Source of the DNA: Octopus sinensis
Lineage: Eukaryota
DNA: 10,293 nucleotides
Assembly (NCBI RefSeq): GCF_006345805.1
Contig: NW_021827699.1
Location: 1 to 10,293, forward strand
Reading direction: 5' to 3'
The position numbers were made by a program, and so were the translations under genes. The notes below the pieces were generated by a model, which did not search any database, was not told the origin of the DNA, and saw only the letters and a program-made list of their open reading frames with translations. This document shows positions 7,138 to 10,293 of the stretch, piece after piece; position 1 is the stretch's first letter, and each line of letters begins with the position of its first letter.

Positions 7138-7297
7138 AAGGGAAAGTTTACGAAAATAAACAAAAGACGAAGGCAGGTGGTGTACAAACAAACACATGTA
7201 TTAGTATCGCGCTCAGGAATAAAAAAGTCTTTTACGTTTCGAGCCTACGCTCTTCTACAGAAAGATATACAGAAAAGAACAAGGAGAGAAAAAAACA
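7138..7297 (-). mobile_element. ~160-bp unit between TA/CA-rich tracts carrying a hammerhead-like motif; candidate Penelope-like pseudo-LTR remnant
   Basis: Bounded by degenerate (TA/CA)n at ~7097-7137 and ~7298-7432; contains the fold at 7228-7265. Confidence 0.55.
7228..7265 (-). ncRNA. Minimal type I hammerhead-like motif with variant core (CUGUAGAA)
   Basis: Minus strand: UCUUU-CUGUAGA-A-GAGC(GUAG)GCUC-GAAAC-GU-A-AAAGA, giving a 5-bp stem I, a 4-bp stem II, palindromic ACGU stem III and a GUA triplet. Confidence 0.55.
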
Positions 7298-7432
7298 TAT
7301 ACATATAAATACATACGAATGTGTATAAGTATGTATGCATATATGTGTATACACGCAACACACACACATATATACATACATACACACACTCACACACACA
7401 CACACACACACACGCACATACACACACATATA

Positions 7433-7683
7433 GTTGCTATTATGCAAAAGTGTCGTAAGTCCAAAAAGTTGCTTTTACAGAAAACGAAAAAATAGTTTCA
7501 CCATTCCATAGCAAAACCGTTGTACTACACTTTGACAATTTTTGACATCTTGGCATCTGAAGCAGCTGGAAATACGATAGTTTGACCAAAAGAACCGGCT
7601 GCTGCAAGCAAAGATAAATAGTGAGAAAAAAAAAGACGCATTTGGCCAAATTTGGACATACAACAGTTTAACATAATAGCAAC
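7433..7683. mobile_element. 251-bp MITE-like element with 33-bp imperfect terminal inverted repeats
   Basis: 7433-7465 GTTGCTATTATGCAAAAGTGTCGTAAGTCCAAA vs reverse complement of 7651-7683 GTTGCTATTATGTTAAACTGTTGTATGTCCAAA: 28/33 identical with the outer 12 perfect; TA-rich flanks. Confidence 0.7.
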
Positions 7684-7684
7684 G

Positions 7685-7711
<27 letters not shown>

Positions 7712-7717
<6 letters not shown>

Positions 7718-7871
7718 TATTAGAGACAAAACCACTATTTTGCAAAACAAACAAGGAAAGACTTAATCAATACATAAAATTTTAATAAATAGTCAAAAAA
7801 AACGCCACTACAATCGTTTCTTGTCTTGATCGACAATCTTCAGGTGGACTTCCAATAAGTCAGTTTCAAAT
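7712..7871 (-). mobile_element. ~160-bp unit bounded by pure (AT)n on both sides carrying a canonical hammerhead; candidate Penelope-like pseudo-LTR or retrozyme remnant
   Basis: (AT)n at 7685-7711 and ~7872-7889; hammerhead at 7805-7847. Confidence 0.6.
7805..7847 (-). ncRNA. Minimal type I hammerhead ribozyme motif
   Basis: Minus strand: CCAC-CUGAAGA-UUGUC(GAUCAA)GACAA-GAAAC-GAUU-GU-A-GUGG. Intact CUGANGA and GAAA cores, 4-bp stem I, 5-bp stem II, stem III AC/GU, predicted cut after GUA (between 7809 and 7808). Confidence 0.82.
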
Positions 7872-7980
7872 TATATATATATATATATCAGCATTATTAT
7901 TTATTTATCCTTTTCCTCTACAAGGAAGTATATATTGGCGTTAGGCTTTAATTAGTAACCCGGTTTAACGGCCAACGTCT

Positions 7981-8010
7981 CAGTCGAGCTTGCCTTTTTC
8001 GGAGTCAACT
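7981..8010 (+). mobile_element. Highly decayed fragment of the Deu/Nin-like SINE
   Basis: CAGTCGAGCTTGCCTTTTTCGGAGTCAA resembles GGTCGACTTTGCCTTTCATCCTTTCGGGGTCGA with an internal deletion. Confidence 0.35.
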
Positions 8011-8519
8011 ATCTATATAATTTAGGAATCGAAATATGTCGGTGTCTCATTATGAACGCCCACCTTTTAAAGCGAGGAGGTGTTCTCCAACGACGTAAGG
8101 CAACAGCGTCTGATATTCACGTTTGAACCTGTCAGATCATATTGAGAACCAATTCATGCATTATTGTTTGCATTCTCGCTCTTCTAGAAACGTGGTTGAC
8201 TGACGTCAATAAGCATGAACAAATAATTTTTTAAGCTGATTTCTAAAAAGGAGAGTCTGAACTCTTGTTAGATTAATCGGTCTGGTGGGGTAGCTTTCAC
8301 TGAGGAAACACAATAAAGTAAAATTTTCTGCTTTGTCTTAAAGTCCCCTTACACCCGTGGAGCGCTTGTGTTATGAACATACATCTTCTAAAGGGTGAAG
8401 GTATTCTCCGATGAGGAAATACAATAGTTGTCAGATATTCAGGTTCAAAACAGCCAGGAAAATCAAGAGATACATTATTGTTTCAATTCTCATTTTTCTG
8501 GGAGAACCTCATGAAATAT

Positions 8520-8730
8520 TACACATACAAACATTCACACACACATGCGCACAAACTTACACACATATACATATGTACATATATACATGAGCGGGTTTGT
8601 GAGTGCGTTTATGTAAATGTATATATACACACACATATATACTCACGCATGTATATATACATACAAATATTAAACGTATACATATATTACAGTAGCGTGC
8701 GTGTGAATGTGTGTGTGTATGTGTGTGTGT
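8520..8730. repeat. Degenerate CA/TA/TG dinucleotide tract
   Basis: Directly visible. Confidence 0.9.
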
Positions 8731-9173
8731 AGGCGTGACTGTGATAAGAAGCTTCTTTCCCAACCACTTGGTTCCGGGTTCAATCCCACTGCGTGGTATC
8801 TTGGGCAAATATCTTCTATAGCCTTCAGGACGACCAAAGCCTTGTGAGTGGATTTGGGAGAGGGAAACAGAAAAGAAGACCGTCGTATACACACACACAC
8901 ATACATATATACGTGTGTGTGTGTATATATATATATATATATGTATGTGCGTTTGTGTCTGTTTGTCCCTCCTACCACCCTCGCTTGACGACCGATGTTA
9001 ATGTGTGTTTACGTTCCCGTTAGCTAGCTGTTCGGCAGAAGAGACTGATAAAATAGGTACCAGGTTTACAAAGAGTAAGTCGATTTGTTCGACTAAAACC
9101 CCTTAAAGTGGAGCTTCAGTATGGCCGCAGTAAAATGACTGAAACGAGTAAAAAAGTAAAAGAATATAAGAAT
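8731..9173 (+). mobile_element. CORE-like SINE, full length, internal microsatellite at ~8886-8945
   Basis: Canonical B-box GGTTCAATCCC at 8777-8787; CORE-like CTTGGGCAAATATCTTCTATAGCC; 3' half and A-rich tail match 1291-1789. Confidence 0.9.
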
Positions 9174-9190
9174 ATATATATATATATATA

Positions 9191-9280
9191 TTTTTATTTT
9201 TTATTTTTATTTTATCTAGTTTCAGCTCACGAGCTGTGGCCATGCTGGGGCACCGCCACTTTTGCCGGGGCACCGCCATT
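9191..9280 (-). mobile_element. 3' terminal fragment of a CORE-like SINE variant with an (AAAAT)n-type tail
   Basis: Minus strand GGCGGTGCCCCAGCATGGCCACAGCTCGTGAGCTGAAACTAGA plus A-rich tail parallels 1734-1789. Confidence 0.8.
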
Positions 9281-9281
9281 T

Positions 9282-9341
<60 letters not shown>

Positions 9342-9355
9342 CATATATACATATA

Positions 9356-9511
9356 TTCAAATTCCGCCGAGGTCGACTTTGCTTTTCATCCTTTCGGGGT
9401 CGATAAATTAAGTACCAGTTACGCACTAGGGTCGATGTAATCGTCTTAATCCGTTTGTCTGTCCTTGTTTGTCCCTTCTGTGTTTAGCCCCTTGTGGGTA
9501 GTAAAGAAATA
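9356..9511 (+). mobile_element. 5'-truncated Deu/Nin-like SINE beginning inside the B-box
   Basis: High similarity to 5688-5845; flanked by (TA)n at ~9281-9355 and TA/TG tracts at ~9511-9655. Confidence 0.92.
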
Positions 9512-9924
9512 TATATACATATACGTATATATGTGTGTGTGTATGTTTGTGTTTGTGTGTGTGTATATATACACAAATACGCACACATAATTATACATTA
9601 ATATGTACATATGTATGTGTGTATGTGTTTATGTCTGTGTGTGAGCGTGTATATGCAATTCCATTCTTCTCGCCACACACTGCCGTGTACACTCCTAAAT
9701 GACTGACTCATCATTCGTTTTAAAGGCGCCCCGACTGTACCGAAGCACTCCCCCTATTGCAGTTCACCTTCAATGCTCTCACTCGCTTGGTGTCGACATC
9801 ACTGGTGCCGACCCCCATTCTTCACACTCGTACAATGTTACTGACCGAAATAGGGATGTTTGAATTTTCATTCATACAAGGTTGCCATGTTTCAAAACGA
9901 GTTGAAATATTCTGCACATAGAAT

Positions 9925-10027
9925 GCAAGCATGGCTGTGAGGTTAAGACCCTTGCTTTCTAAACACGTGGTTTCGGGTTTACGTCCTTTGCACAACCCGT
10001 TGGTAAAGAGTCTTCTACCATGGCACC
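9925..10027 (+). mobile_element. Diverged head of the CORE-like SINE
   Basis: GCAAGCATGGCTGTGAGGTTAAGACCCTTGCTTTCTAAACACGTGGTTTCGGGTTT...AGAGTCTTCTACCATGGC parallels the 1291 and 8731 heads. Confidence 0.7.
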
Positions 10028-10029
10028 AC

Positions 10030-10165
10030 GCACACATACACCACACACACATACACACATATGTATATATGTATGTATAATTATCAATCTACCTATATCT
10101 ATACACACACATACATACATATGTATATATGTATACACATACACACACACCCATACTCACACACA
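10030..10165. repeat. Degenerate CA/TA dinucleotide tract
   Basis: Directly visible. Confidence 0.9.
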
Positions 10166-10187
10166 GATATCGGAATTGCTGCAGTCT

Positions 10188-10293
10188 TAGAATTGCAACC
10201 ATGCTGAAGCACCCCATTAAGGGTTTAGTCGAAAAAAAAAATCGACCCCAGTAATTTTTTCTTTAAGCCTGGTACCCATTCTATCGATGTTAT
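10188..10293 (-). mobile_element. 3' half of a CORE-like SINE, cut by the window edge
   Basis: Minus strand CGATAGAATGGGTACCAGGCTTAAAG...CTGGGGTCGAT(T)nCGACTAAACCC...GTGCTTCAGCATGG parallels 1672-1752. Confidence 0.8.

Noticed and set aside
8405-8436. CCGATGA-G-GAAAT...GTC hammerhead-like string
   Set aside because: Core mismatch, no stem II, and stem III does not pair properly.
1381-10150. The many YIYI/HTHT/CVCV-rich ORFs
   Set aside because: They come from dinucleotide repeats and SINE sequence; no domain signal.
1-10293. CRISPR array, prokaryotic operon or rRNA
   Set aside because: No regularly spaced repeat-spacer array, no dense coding, no rRNA motifs; the composition is that of a repeat-rich animal genome.

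Overview
Repeat-saturated eukaryotic non-coding DNA with no supportable host gene. The SINE families and microsatellite density suggest an octopus (cephalopod) intron or intergenic region; this is inferred from recalled repeat motifs, not from a search. Contents: about a dozen copies or fragments of tRNA-headed SINEs from at least four families (CORE-like with an internal microsatellite, Deu/Nin-like, and two others), a decayed 3' end of an RTE-like LINE with three C2H2 fingers (4223-4698, minus), three inverted-repeat elements, and many microsatellites that explain almost all ORFs in the track. The best lead is a set of hammerhead-ribozyme motifs tied to (TA)n tracts. One is a canonical minimal type I hammerhead (7805-7847, minus) and one is a fully paired variant with an altered core (7228-7265, minus); each sits in a ~160-bp unit bounded by TA-rich repeats. 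Two degenerate hammerhead-like motifs are duplicated in inverted orientation inside a 233-bp loopless palindrome (3915-4147) and a 100-bp perfect inverted-repeat element (4842-5152). This resembles Penelope-like element (PLE) pseudo-LTR or retrozyme biology, but no PLE ORF is in the window and no activity is shown.
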